This document shows positions 17,865 through 28,037 of a stretch of DNA of 64,000 nucleotides, piece by piece (the first letter of the stretch is position 1; every line of letters starts with the position of its first letter). Where the stretch lies: positions 19,111 through 83,110 of the forward strand of contig JBKBSF010000019.1 of NCBI GenBank assembly GCA_046291875.1, read 5' to 3'. Position numbers and translations under genes: made by a program. The notes below the pieces were generated by a model that ran no database searches, was not told the DNA's origin, and saw only the letters and a program-made list of their open reading frames with translations. The stretch comes from Bacteroidales bacterium (GTDB lineage: Bacteria; Bacteroidota; Bacteroidia; Bacteroidales; UBA7960).

Positions 17865-20234
17865 TCAGCGGGCACTTACCCGGATCGTTGCCACAGGTAG
17901 TCCTTCAGCCTTGGCCTCTACAACAATACTGCCTGCAGTTCGCCCTGCCCTGAGCAGAATGGTGGCGATACCTGCCTCTGCTTCCATCGGATTGTGCCCC
18001 ACCAGCTCGCCATCTCCTGCTATTAGGGTATAATGAATGGCAGGACTTGCATCGGGCAGGACAGTTCCCCTTTCATCAACCACAGCTGCATACAGAAAAA
18101 CAATATCGTTTTTGCCAATTACAAGAGGCCGGTTGCTTTCATCGATCCAGAGTTTCAGTGAACTGGCAGGGCCTGGTGTATGGCGGGCCATCCGGGTCAC
18201 TTCTTCCCTCCCTGCAAAACCGGCAGCTATGAGCTCTCCAGGCACAATTGCTTCAAGGTGAAATGTAAAAGGGGGTTGTTGCAAATGTGTGCTGTATACA
18301 TCGGCATCGGGTTTTTGTCTGCCCAAAGAGTTGCCGTTTACAAACAACTCTACCTCTTCACAATTGCTGTAGACTTTCACTTCGAGAAAATCTGGGTCAT
18401 GGTAGTAGTTGGCGATGTATACAAAAGGTTCGTTGAACTCCTGCACCGGAAATTCTCCCATTCGAGCCTGACTTTTGTAGAACCAATAGGCAAACTTGGG
18501 CAGCCTGAATATGTCCATCACACCCGAAGCCTCCAGATCAGGAGCATAGCCACGGTTGTAATCGAATACCAGCCAGTTGGCATCGCCTGCAATGGCACCT
18601 TTGCGATTGCTGTTGTGCGCTTCCTGATAATTGAGTGCCTGCTGAGCCAGCCTTCTTTGCCCAAATCCTCTGAGCTGTCTGGAGTTCCGCTCTTCAGAGG
18701 TAAGGTCTTCAAAAGCAGATTGGTTAAACCCGGCATTGTGCGCATAATACTCCCAATCTCCGTATTCGGCTATAAGGAGAGGTTTGCCCCCATCGTAATG
18801 ATTCCAGTAGTGGGGAGGCTTGCCATGCTGGCGGGCAGGAATATACACATCGTATACTCCTTCCCACCAGCCGCAGGTATACACATCAGGGGAGGGTAAC
18901 TCTTCATATACAATATCATGAGCTTGCTGCATATAGGCATCTGTCATGGCAGTTTCATTCAGGGATGCCTCCCAGAGGATTACAGAAGCATGATTACGAT
19001 CTCTTCGCATCATTTTACGCACATCGTTGAGGGATCTTTCCTGAAAAACCTCATCACCAAAAAACTGCCACCCAGGTATTGCATTCATTGACAGCAACCC
19101 AAGTTCATCGAGTGCATCCATAAAAGCTTTGGAGTGAGGATAATGAGACAGTCGGACAAAATTGTACCCGGCACTTCTGATCTTCCATGCATCGCGGTAC
19201 TGCGCGTTGTCCGACAGAGCATATCCTATGTAGGGGTATTCCTGATGACGATTGGTGCCACGCAGAAAGAAGGGTTCTCCATTGAGCTCAAACCCTTCGG
19301 TGGTAAACCGGAAAGTACGAATGCCAATCCTTGCCAAATCAGAATCTGCTGGTTTTTCTCCCTTGTATGCCTCGGCCAGCAAATGATACAGGTAGGGATT
19401 TGAAGGCGACCACAATTCGGGGCTTTCAACCGGTATCCGGAAATGAAAGAGGGCATGGCTGCCCGCCTCAAGGGTTTGAGATTCGGAGATCTGCTCTGCT
19501 ATCACCTTTCCTTCTTTATCCTTCAATACTATCCTAACCTTTGCAGGCTGAGAGAAATCGTACTCATTGCTCACATCCACCTGTACATTTACAGTAGCTT
19601 TCTGAGGAGAAACATCAGAATAGGTTACCAGCAAACCACCCGCAGCAGGTCTGTCAGCGCCAATAGGATCAGAAATATGCAGTTTGTCTTTCACCACAAA
19701 CCACACATTACGGTAGATGCCACTAAAATAATTGAAGTCCAGATCGTCAAGTGGTTTGCCTGGAGGCACCTGCGGATTGTCCTCGTTGTTTAGCCTAACC
19801 AGCAGTGTATTCACTTCTCCAAACCGAATATATTCTGCCAGGGGCACATAAAAGGGAAGATACCCGCTGTAGGACGATTTCAGTAATACACCGTTGAGGT
19901 ACACATCACTAACCTGCATTGCCCCTTCAAAATGCAATGCCAGATGCTTGTTGTTAAGTTTTTCGGGGACAAAGAATTTCTTGCGGTACCAGGCTGTACC
20001 TTGCCATTGCCTGCCTTCAATCACCAGAGGTTCGACATGAGCTGTATGAGGCAGATCAACCGACTCCCAGGGCAGGTCATAACCTGCAAAGACCTGATCA
20101 TCTGCCACATCTTTCACAAACTCCCATCCCTGGTTGAAAAGATTTTCGCGGAGGGAGAAAGAAGCATCTTCCCGCATATTTTTGCAGGAGGCCAAAAACA
20201 ACAAAAGGAACAGGTAACCAAAAATTTTCTTCAT
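17865..20234 (-). CDS. GH2-family beta-galactosidase (lipoprotein)
   Basis: 789 aa with lipobox LLFLASCKN. GH2 sugar-binding, Ig-like and TIM order is present (TAWYRKKF, GIYRNVWF, FRGTNRHQEYPYIGYA, NFVRLSHYPHS, NHASVILWEASLNE). Confidence 0.85.
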   Translation of the reverse strand: MKKIFGYLFLLLFLASCKNMREDASFSLRENLFNQGWEFVKDVADDQVFAGYDLPWESVDLPHTAHVEPLVIEGRQWQGTAWYRKKFFVPEKLNNKHLALHFEGAMQVSDVYLNGVLLKSSYSGYLPFYVPLAEYIRFGEVNTLLVRLNNEDNPQVPPGKPLDDLDFNYFSGIYRNVWFVVKDKLHISDPIGADRPAAGGLLVTYSDVSPQKATVNVQVDVSNEYDFSQPAKVRIVLKDKEGKVIAEQISESQTLEAGSHALFHFRIPVESPELWSPSNPYLYHLLAEAYKGEKPADSDLARIGIRTFRFTTEGFELNGEPFFLRGTNRHQEYPYIGYALSDNAQYRDAWKIRSAGYNFVRLSHYPHSKAFMDALDELGLLSMNAIPGWQFFGDEVFQERSLNDVRKMMRRDRNHASVILWEASLNETAMTDAYMQQAHDIVYEELPSPDVYTCGWWEGVYDVYIPARQHGKPPHYWNHYDGGKPLLIAEYGDWEYYAHNAGFNQSAFEDLTSEERNSRQLRGFGQRRLAQQALNYQEAHNSNRKGAIAGDANWLVFDYNRGYAPDLEASGVMDIFRLPKFAYWFYKSQARMGEFPVQEFNEPFVYIANYYHDPDFLEVKVYSNCEEVELFVNGNSLGRQKPDADVYSTHLQQPPFTFHLEAIVPGELIAAGFAGREEVTRMARHTPGPASSLKLWIDESNRPLVIGKNDIVFLYAAVVDERGTVLPDASPAIHYTLIAGDGELVGHNPMEAEAGIATILLRAGRTAGSIVVEAKAEGLPVATIRVSAR

Positions 20235-20344
20235 ACTTCAAGGTTTACGAAATCGTTTGCGGAACTATTTATTTTTTTACCGCATCCGGAGTTTTGGCCC
20301 AAGGGCAAACCAGGTTTGCGGTAAAATGAAAGTATCTGACCCGT

Positions 20345-21541
20345 TTACTGGTAATCCCAGTTGAGGTATTGCACCACATCGGTAACATTACCTGAGAAAT
20401 TAAAAAAGGCACAGTTTTCCCATGAGGAGCCGGTACCCCATAAGTCGACCATTGAGGAGGAAATCCAGGCAGGCTCCCAGTAAAAGACCCCGATGGCCCC
20501 GGCATCCATCATACTTTGGGTAAGGGCGATCATAAAATCGCGCTGCCCTTCAACGGTATAGGGAAACCCGGCAACAGGGGGCTGATTGTAATACAGATTG
20601 GGATAGTTATCGTTGTTGGCCGTGGTAAAGGGGTATGCCGTTTCCAGCAGCATTACATCGCGGTTGTAATTGGTTTTAACCTGCTTTACCACATTGCCAA
20701 GCCCGTTAAAAGCAACAGTGGTGTGCCAGATATGATAATAGGAAAAACCCATCACGTCAAAGTCGGTTACGTTTCCTTTGTGTATAACATCGCCCATCCA
20801 GTAGTTAAGATTTTTCGGATCTGCCACATGCAGAATTACCTGAGTTGAATGTCCTGCAAGGGCATCCATATCGCGGATGGCTGAGATTGCAGCATTCACC
20901 ACCTTGCCAAAGTTGGCCCAGTGCCCCTGACAAACATTCAATGAAGGAAAACCGGCCGGTGTATGGGTCATCATCATGCCACAGTTGGTTTCGTTACCCA
21001 CCTGTATCATCTTGGGAAGCAGATCTTTCTCTCTCAGTCTGCTCAATACGTTAAAGGTATACTGGTACACCGAATCGGCCAGTACCTGAATATCGGTAAT
21101 GTCGCGCCAGGCTCTGGGAACATCCTGATGCCCCGGATCGGCCCATGTATCCGAATAATGAAAATCCAGCAAAACATCCATACCTGCCTCTTTTGCCCTT
21201 TCCATGCTTTTTATCACGTCGTCGAGCCCGCTGTACAAAGGCACTGAATGATTATAGAGATCGAAAACCCAATCAGGGTTGTGCCACAGACGCAACCTCA
21301 CAGTATTGGCACCATGGCGGGCCAATACCTTAAAAGGATCTACCTGCTGGCCGTTTTCGCGGTATACGCCTCCGTGATCCTCTACCTGGTTTACATACGA
21401 CAGATCTACTCCCATGGCAAATCCCGCAGGAATATTTCCATTTTCATCAGGCTGGGGCTTAACACCCTCTTTTTTGCATGATACGCAGGAGGCAAAAACA
21501 AGAAGAAACAAAACCGGACGAATAAATACTCTTAATATCAT
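20345..21541 (-). CDS. ganB: GH53 arabinogalactan endo-beta-1,4-galactanase (lipoprotein)
   Basis: 398 aa with lipobox VFASCVSC. GVDLSYVNQVEDHGGVY, NTVRLRLWHNP, MIQVGNETNCGMM (acid/base Glu) and VMLLETAYPFT (nucleophile Glu) are GH53 hallmarks. Confidence 0.9.
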   Translation of the reverse strand: MILRVFIRPVLFLLVFASCVSCKKEGVKPQPDENGNIPAGFAMGVDLSYVNQVEDHGGVYRENGQQVDPFKVLARHGANTVRLRLWHNPDWVFDLYNHSVPLYSGLDDVIKSMERAKEAGMDVLLDFHYSDTWADPGHQDVPRAWRDITDIQVLADSVYQYTFNVLSRLREKDLLPKMIQVGNETNCGMMMTHTPAGFPSLNVCQGHWANFGKVVNAAISAIRDMDALAGHSTQVILHVADPKNLNYWMGDVIHKGNVTDFDVMGFSYYHIWHTTVAFNGLGNVVKQVKTNYNRDVMLLETAYPFTTANNDNYPNLYYNQPPVAGFPYTVEGQRDFMIALTQSMMDAGAIGVFYWEPAWISSSMVDLWGTGSSWENCAFFNFSGNVTDVVQYLNWDYQ

Positions 21542-21814
21542 GGCAACCGTTTTATTAATTTATGATCAGGATATCTTAAAACTATGAAATCCTTACTGCC
21601 ACCAAAAATAAATGATGCTGAGATAAGTCACTTTTCGGCTTCTTACCAATTATTGACCAAATCTTACATTTACCAAAAAACCCACCTGCTGATGGGGCAT
21701 TTGCATTGTTTTTACTAACTTCATGCACTTGATTTTTTCATACATCCAATGCCTGCCCGGATTTTTTTTAGGCAATTTACAAAGCACTAATCTATCCTGG
21801 CATCTTGATAAAAA

Positions 21815-24800
21815 ATGTACACCATGTGCCGGACGGGCTCCATTACACCCTTTACATACAGGATCATCTCTGCCACTATGCTTTTGGTTGCTTTTTTCAA
21901 CCTGCATGCAAGTCATTCATTGTATTTTTCCAACCTTACTGCCCGCAACGGGTTAAGCTCGAACATTACCAATTCGATAGTACAAGACAAGCATGGATTT
22001 ATCTGGATCGGCACCCAGGAAGGTCTTTGCCGGTATGATGGTTTCAGGATGATCAATTTCCAGCACACCCTCAGTGAGGGCTCCCTTTCGTCCAACAACA
22101 TAAGCACACTTCTTTACGATGATGATTATATATGGGTGGGCACCTGGGAAGGACTTAACCGGATCAACATACACACCTTTGCGATACAACGGGTTTTCAC
22201 CGGCCATTTATCGGGGGCTATCAGAGCCCTTTACAAAGACCGGCAGGGCGATGTATGGATCGGAACATCCAACGGAGTTTTCGTTTACGAGAAATCTGAT
22301 AATCAACTTAAAAGCTACAATACACAGAACAGTTTGCTGAGTCACAACACCATCAGGAGTTTTTACCAGGCCCGCAATGGGGATATGTGGATAGGCACCT
22401 ACGATGGATTGAACCGCTATCAAAACGGGCATTTCAGCACCTACAACCTTAAAGGCAACTACATGCCTCTGCTGGAAAACAATCTGATTGTATCCATTCA
22501 ACCTCTTACACCTGCTGCTGACACCCTGCTATGGGTAGGCACAGAAACCGGACTGGCCAGGTTCGACACCCGCAACGGCAGATACACGCTCTACAACACC
22601 TCTAACACACAGCTGAGCAACGAGGTGATAAAAAGCATATACCATCAGAACGACAGTCTGTTATGGTTAGGTACAGATTTCGGGCTTAATATTTTCAATA
22701 CAAGGTCGCTGGCAGTAGAAACCTATTACCACGACCCATTGATAGAGCACTCCCTGGCCAGCAACGTAATCTGGGAGATTTTCGAAGACCGCCAGCAGCG
22801 ACTGTGGTTTATTACATCCAATGGTGTAAGCATTTCCGACAAGCAACAGCCCCATTACCAGTTTTACGAACAGTACTTTTCGAGGGAGCCCCTGCGAATA
22901 GGCAACCAGGTGAAAGACATCCTTGTAGCCACCTCAGGGCAAACCTGGCTGGCAACCATTCACGGGGTCGTGGCCATTGATCCGGCAGGAGGAAAACAAC
23001 AGACTTTCAGCACCATTTCTCCTGCCAACGAACGCTTGTTGCTCAACAATGTATATGCCCTCATGGAAGATGAAAAGGGCAGAATACTGATTGGCACCGC
23101 CGGAGGCATAAACATATGGGATCCAACACAGAAGAGGATGTTTGCCATTACAGCCAATCGCGAAAACGGTCTTTTGTCGAATTACATCAGTGGTTTTGCT
23201 TTCGATCCGGAAGGGAATTTGTGGGTCACCGCCTGGGAAGGAGGCCTTTTCAAAGCACACAGACCTTCGCAGAACCCCGAGCAGTGGTACTTCGAACTGG
23301 CAGACTCCAATGGCGATGGTCGTTTAACCTCCACCCATAGCCACCTGTACTATGCAAATATGAACACCCTTTGGAGGGTAAACCCCCAAACCCTGGAGAA
23401 AACACCAGTGGAAACAGCAAACCAGGCTCTGCAGGGCAAACAGATATCTGCCATGATGGCCGCCAGTAATGGTGCGCTGTGGCTGGGAGCCCTGCAGGAG
23501 ATCATCATTTACCATCCTGACAACGACACCATTATCAATCTCAATATACACACCGGCAGACCTCAAAAAATCATCAACCTTCAACAGGACACCCTTGGTA
23601 ATGTTTGGGCAACCACCTCCGACGCCATTATCCGTATAGAAGCCCAAAACCTCTCCCAGATGCTGATCCCGGTAAACCGTAATTCGCCTCTGAAAGGGTT
23701 TTACCAATTTTGTTCGGCCACAGACCCCACCGGGCGTGTACTTTTTGGTGGCGACAACGGCTTCATTGCCATTTCACCAGACATAGCCATTTCAAGGGGC
23801 AGCACTCCCAATGTATACATTACAAGCCTTTTTATCAACAACCAGCAAATCCATCCGGCAGACTCCCTAACACCCCAAAACCAGGATATCGCATTTGTGG
23901 AAAAACTCCGGCTGAGGCACAACCAGAATTCTCTCACTTTTGAGTTTTCAACTTTAGACTATTTGTTTCCAGAGTTTGTGCAGTTTCAATACCGCATGCT
24001 CCCTTTTCAGGAGGAGTGGACATTGACTTCGGGAGAGAAGAACTTTGCCGTTTTCGCCAATCTCAAACCTGGCCAATACACTTTTCAGATCAAAGGATCA
24101 GACCGTTCTGGCGAGTGGAGTGAGGTAAGATCTGTGCAGGTAGGGATTATTCCCAGCATATGGCTGGCACCCATCACTTTGCTGTTGTACTTTTTAGTTG
24201 TGCTTTCGGCGGGTGTATACGCCTACAGAGTTTACCGCAACCGGCGGCGACTTCGCAACGAGCTGCAACTCATACGCCTTGAAAAGCAACACAATGAAGC
24301 ATTGTACCAGGCCAAAATACGTTTCTTTACCAATATTTCGCACGAGTTTCGCACACCCCTTAGTCTTATTCTGCCCCCCATTCATGAATTACTGAAAGAA
24401 AACTCCGGCAAACCTAATCATGAAAAGATGCTGAAACTGGCTCAGCGCAATGCACAAAGACTTTACAAACTCGTAAATCAGCTGCTGGATTTTCGCAAAA
24501 TTGAAGCAGAAAAGCTTGAGCTTGCTCCATCGGCCCTCGATATGGTGGATTTCTGCCGTGATATCTTCAACTCTTTCGACGACATGGCTGCCCGCAATGA
24601 AACAGAATACCTTTTTCTCACTTCAGTAGATTCGCTGTCGATGGAAATTGACCGTGAAAAAGCAGAAACCATTATTTTCAACCTTTTGTCCAATGCTTTT
24701 AAATACACTCCGGTAAATGGACAAATCAGTCTTTCGCTGAAGACCATAGAACCACCTGAAGGCCCCATGCAACTGGAAATTGCAGTAAAAGATAATGGCA

Positions 24801-25864
24801 TTGGGATATCAGAAGAAGAACAAAAGCATATTTTCAAGGAGTTTTACCAAACTGCCGAGAGCCGTTCGCTTAAAAAGGGAAGTGGAATTGGTCTTACCCT
24901 TGCCCAGGAATATGCCCGACTGCACAAAGGACATATAACAGTGGCAAGCCAGCCAGGCAAGGGCAGTGAGTTTACGTGGGTTTTGCCCATTCCGGAAACC
25001 CACGCACAGGAAATCGCCCCCACCGGAAATTCAGTGGTGTATTCCGGCCAAAAACCAGGCAATGAGCCGGTTTCAACACCGGCAGGAGCCAAAAAGATTT
25101 TGGTAGTTGACGACAATGAGGACATCCTGGAGCTTGTGGAATTGAACCTTCGCGATCAATACCAGGTTTTCCTGGCACGCAACGGAGCACAGGGGCTTGA
25201 AAAGGCCGAAACCCTGCAACCCGACCTGATCTTGTCTGACGTAATGATGCCCGTAATGGATGGCATTGAACTATGCAGGCAAATCAAAAGCAACCGGGCC
25301 ACCATGCATATTCCGGTTATATTACTCACCGCCAGAAGCCTGGATATGCATAAAACAGAAGGGCTCACAGAGGGTGCCGATATGTACCTTACCAAACCCT
25401 TCGATATGGATGTGCTCAAATCCTCTCTCCTTTCGCTCTTCAGAAGGCAAGATCTGCTAACCCAGTACATAAGAACCGACCTCATACTCAAACCATTGCA
25501 AGAGGCTGACACTGATCGCAACCAGGATGAACTGTTCCTGAAAAAGGTGATTACACTCATTGAAAACCATATGGCAAACCCTGATCTTTCTGTCGAATTG
25601 ATTGCCGCATCACTGGGAATGAGCGCAACCCACCTTTACCGAAAACTGAAGGAAAATACAGGATACAGTACCAAAGAGATCATCATGAACTACCGTATGC
25701 AGAAGGCAGCCCAGATGATCCGCAACAACGAAGGAAATATCTCGGAGATCATGTATGCAGTAGGCTTCTCAAGCCTTGCGGGTTTCTCAAGAAGCTTTAA
25801 ATCCAAATTTGGTGTGGCACCTTCAGCCTTTTCGTCTCAAGCGGAGCCTGGGAAACAGGGCTAA
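21815..25864 (+). CDS. hybrid two-component system regulator (periplasmic beta-propeller sensor, HisKA/HATPase, receiver, AraC HTH)
   Basis: 1349 aa. Repeated two-component regulator propeller motifs (D..G.IWIGT..GL). TM segment WLAPITLLLYFLVVLSAGVYAY, H-box SHEFRTPLSL, G-box GSGIGLTLA, receiver ILVVDDNEDI...SDVMMPVMDG, and a C-terminal AraC HTH. The true start may be the ATG at 21878 (MLLVAFFNLHA). Confidence 0.9.
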   Translation: MYTMCRTGSITPFTYRIISATMLLVAFFNLHASHSLYFSNLTARNGLSSNITNSIVQDKHGFIWIGTQEGLCRYDGFRMINFQHTLSEGSLSSNNISTLLYDDDYIWVGTWEGLNRINIHTFAIQRVFTGHLSGAIRALYKDRQGDVWIGTSNGVFVYEKSDNQLKSYNTQNSLLSHNTIRSFYQARNGDMWIGTYDGLNRYQNGHFSTYNLKGNYMPLLENNLIVSIQPLTPAADTLLWVGTETGLARFDTRNGRYTLYNTSNTQLSNEVIKSIYHQNDSLLWLGTDFGLNIFNTRSLAVETYYHDPLIEHSLASNVIWEIFEDRQQRLWFITSNGVSISDKQQPHYQFYEQYFSREPLRIGNQVKDILVATSGQTWLATIHGVVAIDPAGGKQQTFSTISPANERLLLNNVYALMEDEKGRILIGTAGGINIWDPTQKRMFAITANRENGLLSNYISGFAFDPEGNLWVTAWEGGLFKAHRPSQNPEQWYFELADSNGDGRLTSTHSHLYYANMNTLWRVNPQTLEKTPVETANQALQGKQISAMMAASNGALWLGALQEIIIYHPDNDTIINLNIHTGRPQKIINLQQDTLGNVWATTSDAIIRIEAQNLSQMLIPVNRNSPLKGFYQFCSATDPTGRVLFGGDNGFIAISPDIAISRGSTPNVYITSLFINNQQIHPADSLTPQNQDIAFVEKLRLRHNQNSLTFEFSTLDYLFPEFVQFQYRMLPFQEEWTLTSGEKNFAVFANLKPGQYTFQIKGSDRSGEWSEVRSVQVGIIPSIWLAPITLLLYFLVVLSAGVYAYRVYRNRRRLRNELQLIRLEKQHNEALYQAKIRFFTNISHEFRTPLSLILPPIHELLKENSGKPNHEKMLKLAQRNAQRLYKLVNQLLDFRKIEAEKLELAPSALDMVDFCRDIFNSFDDMAARNETEYLFLTSVDSLSMEIDREKAETIIFNLLSNAFKYTPVNGQISLSLKTIEPPEGPMQLEIAVKDNGIGISEEEQKHIFKEFYQTAESRSLKKGSGIGLTLAQEYARLHKGHITVASQPGKGSEFTWVLPIPETHAQEIAPTGNSVVYSGQKPGNEPVSTPAGAKKILVVDDNEDILELVELNLRDQYQVFLARNGAQGLEKAETLQPDLILSDVMMPVMDGIELCRQIKSNRATMHIPVILLTARSLDMHKTEGLTEGADMYLTKPFDMDVLKSSLLSLFRRQDLLTQYIRTDLILKPLQEADTDRNQDELFLKKVITLIENHMANPDLSVELIAASLGMSATHLYRKLKENTGYSTKEIIMNYRMQKAAQMIRNNEGNISEIMYAVGFSSLAGFSRSFKSKFGVAPSAFSSQAEPGKQG

Positions 25865-25985
25865 CCCTTAATCATCACACTTTTAACTTCCTGAATTTCA
25901 AAATCATTTGCCACCCCCACTCCCTTGCACCGCAAAGTAATTTAATTTTTTTAGTACTTTGTTTTGCATAGTACTGTTTTTTGCT

Positions 25986-25993
25986 TAGCTTTG
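25986..25993 (+). promoter_or_regulatory. -7 box TAGCTTTG upstream of padR
   Basis: TAnnTTTG match 26 nt upstream of the ATG. The TTTG ending at 25966 lies 19 nt upstream (-33-like). Confidence 0.45.
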
Positions 25994-26018
25994 TACCCAC
26001 AATTGAAATTGTAGGGCT

Positions 26019-26345
26019 ATGAATTTAGAAAATACCAAAGCACAAATGCGAAAAGGCGTGCTGGAGTTTTGCATCCTGTCGCTGCTATCGGGCCATGAGG
26101 CATACACCTCAGAGATCATTGAATCGCTTAAGGAATCGAAACTATTGGTGGTGGAGGGCACTATCTACCCTCTGCTTACGCGTCTTAAGAACGATGGCCT
26201 GCTGAGCTATCGATGGGAGGAATCCAGTAGTGGGCCACCCAGGAAATATTACAGTGTAACCCCATTGGGCCAGCAAGCCTTGCAGGAATTGCGCAAAACC
26301 TGGAATGAGCTGGTTGGAGCCGTTGAAAAAACCACAAATTTTTAA
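26019..26345 (+). CDS. PadR-family transcriptional regulator
   Basis: 108 aa. KGVLEFCILSLLSGHEAYTSEIIESLK...VVEGTIYPLLTRLKNDGLLSYRWEES...PRKYYSVTPLG is the PadR winged-helix signature. Confidence 0.88.
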   Translation: MNLENTKAQMRKGVLEFCILSLLSGHEAYTSEIIESLKESKLLVVEGTIYPLLTRLKNDGLLSYRWEESSSGPPRKYYSVTPLGQQALQELRKTWNELVGAVEKTTNF

Positions 26346-26383
26346 ACCATAAAAACTTTTTCTTTACCTAAAAAGATTGATCC

Positions 26384-27907
26384 ATGAAAAAGACTGTAAC
26401 CGCAAATATTGGAGGAATGGTTTTCCATATCGATGAGGATGCCTACGAAAAGCTTTCGCAGTATCTGAGCCACATCCGGGAGCATTTCAGCACCGACCAG
26501 GGGCGCGACGAAATCCTTTCTGACATCGAGAACCGGATTGCCGAGATGTTTGGCCAGAAACTCACCTCCAGCAAAACTGTAATTACCCTGGATGATGTTA
26601 AGGAGGTAATCAGCCAGTTGGGCGAACCCGAACAAATGAGCGATGGAGAAGAAGAAAAGGACAAAAGCAAATCCTTCGAGAACGAGCGCTCAGAAAAACG
26701 CCTTTACCGCGATCCTGACGATAAATACATTGCCGGGGTAGCCGGAGGCCTTGGAGCGTTCCTCAACCTCGACCCCACCTGGATCCGCGTGGCCTTTGTG
26801 GTGTTTACCTTTGTATACGGTTTTGGCCCCCTGCTGTATATCATTCTTTGGATTGTAGTGCCCAAAGCGCGCACTACAGCAGAGCGACTTGAAATGCGCG
26901 GCGAGAAAGTAAATCTTTCCAATATAGAGAAAACCATTCGCGAAGAATTCGATGAAATCAAAGATAACCTCAAGGAGTTCTCCGAAGAAACCCGTCATCG
27001 TTTTAAAAAAAAAGAAAAGGCCCGGAATGTGCGTGAGCGCAACGCGCAGGTAGCAGCCAACCTGGTAAAGGTTTTTGCCAAGGCAGCAGGGGTAATCCTG
27101 ATATTATTGGCCTTTTCCTTTATGGTAGCCTTTATCTCGGGTATTTACCTGATGCCTGCAGGGTTGCATTGGGGCACAGGCTTTACCTTCTTTTCTCTTC
27201 CTGATTTACTAACGGCCTTTCTGCCCTCTGCTCAGTGGGTGCAACTGGCTATGTTTGCCATAGTGCTCATTGTAGGGATTCCGATTTTCTGGATGTTGCT
27301 AACGGGCATTCAACTGCTCTTTTCGGTACGCGCCTCGTCGCGCTATCTGGGCATTTTCACCTTTGTGGTATGGCTGGCCGCCCTGGGTGCACTCTCCATT
27401 TCAGCAGTAGCCGGCGCACGCAATTTTGCCGTACAGCAACAAACCGTGCAGGAAATTCAACTGGAGCAGGGCCAGTGGCCCGAGCTCCTGCTGGCACTCA
27501 ATAAGTCGGACCACCCCTCATCGCACCGGATCAATCGCCACGCCGGACCTCACAAGTTTATGGTAATGTGGCATGAGAGCGACAACACAGCACTGGGTGT
27601 TCCGGAAATGCGCATCCAGAAAAGCACAGACAATGACCTCTATCTGGAGATTGTAAGGCAGGCCCGTGGCGCCTCCCTCACACAAGCAAGAGAAAATGCA
27701 GAGAGTATTGACTTCGGGTTTCACCAAAACGACTCCCTTATTGTTTTCGATCCGGTTTTCTCCTATGGCAAAGAGCATGGCTTTCGCAACCAGAAGCTGG
27801 ATCTTATACTGCATGTGCCCGAGCACAAGAGTGTGGTGCTGCTCAACAATATGAGAAGAAACATGTATGTGCGATGGGGAAGGGATCTGGAAGTGTCGGA
27901 GAGATAG
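26384..27907 (+). CDS. PspC-domain membrane protein
   Basis: 507 aa. RLYRDPDDKYIAGVAGGLGAFLNLDPTWIRVAFVVF is the PspC domain, followed by several TM helices. 38 nt downstream of padR. Confidence 0.8.
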   Translation: MKKTVTANIGGMVFHIDEDAYEKLSQYLSHIREHFSTDQGRDEILSDIENRIAEMFGQKLTSSKTVITLDDVKEVISQLGEPEQMSDGEEEKDKSKSFENERSEKRLYRDPDDKYIAGVAGGLGAFLNLDPTWIRVAFVVFTFVYGFGPLLYIILWIVVPKARTTAERLEMRGEKVNLSNIEKTIREEFDEIKDNLKEFSEETRHRFKKKEKARNVRERNAQVAANLVKVFAKAAGVILILLAFSFMVAFISGIYLMPAGLHWGTGFTFFSLPDLLTAFLPSAQWVQLAMFAIVLIVGIPIFWMLLTGIQLLFSVRASSRYLGIFTFVVWLAALGALSISAVAGARNFAVQQQTVQEIQLEQGQWPELLLALNKSDHPSSHRINRHAGPHKFMVMWHESDNTALGVPEMRIQKSTDNDLYLEIVRQARGASLTQARENAESIDFGFHQNDSLIVFDPVFSYGKEHGFRNQKLDLILHVPEHKSVVLLNNMRRNMYVRWGRDLEVSER

Positions 27908-28037
27908 TTTTGAGCGGCCCCGGACAAAAAACGTTAAGGTAGGGAAATGATGATTGAACAATCTGGCAATTTGGTTATTTTTGTATATAGTCAAAACACA
28001 CAAATCATAAAATCATCATTTCATACACCCGAAAAAA

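Noticed and set aside
27005-27013. An A9 homopolymer inside the PspC-domain gene as a possible phase-variation tract.
   Set aside because: It simply encodes a Lys-rich linker (FKKKEKARN). Nine bases is short, and there is no second in-frame alternative product.
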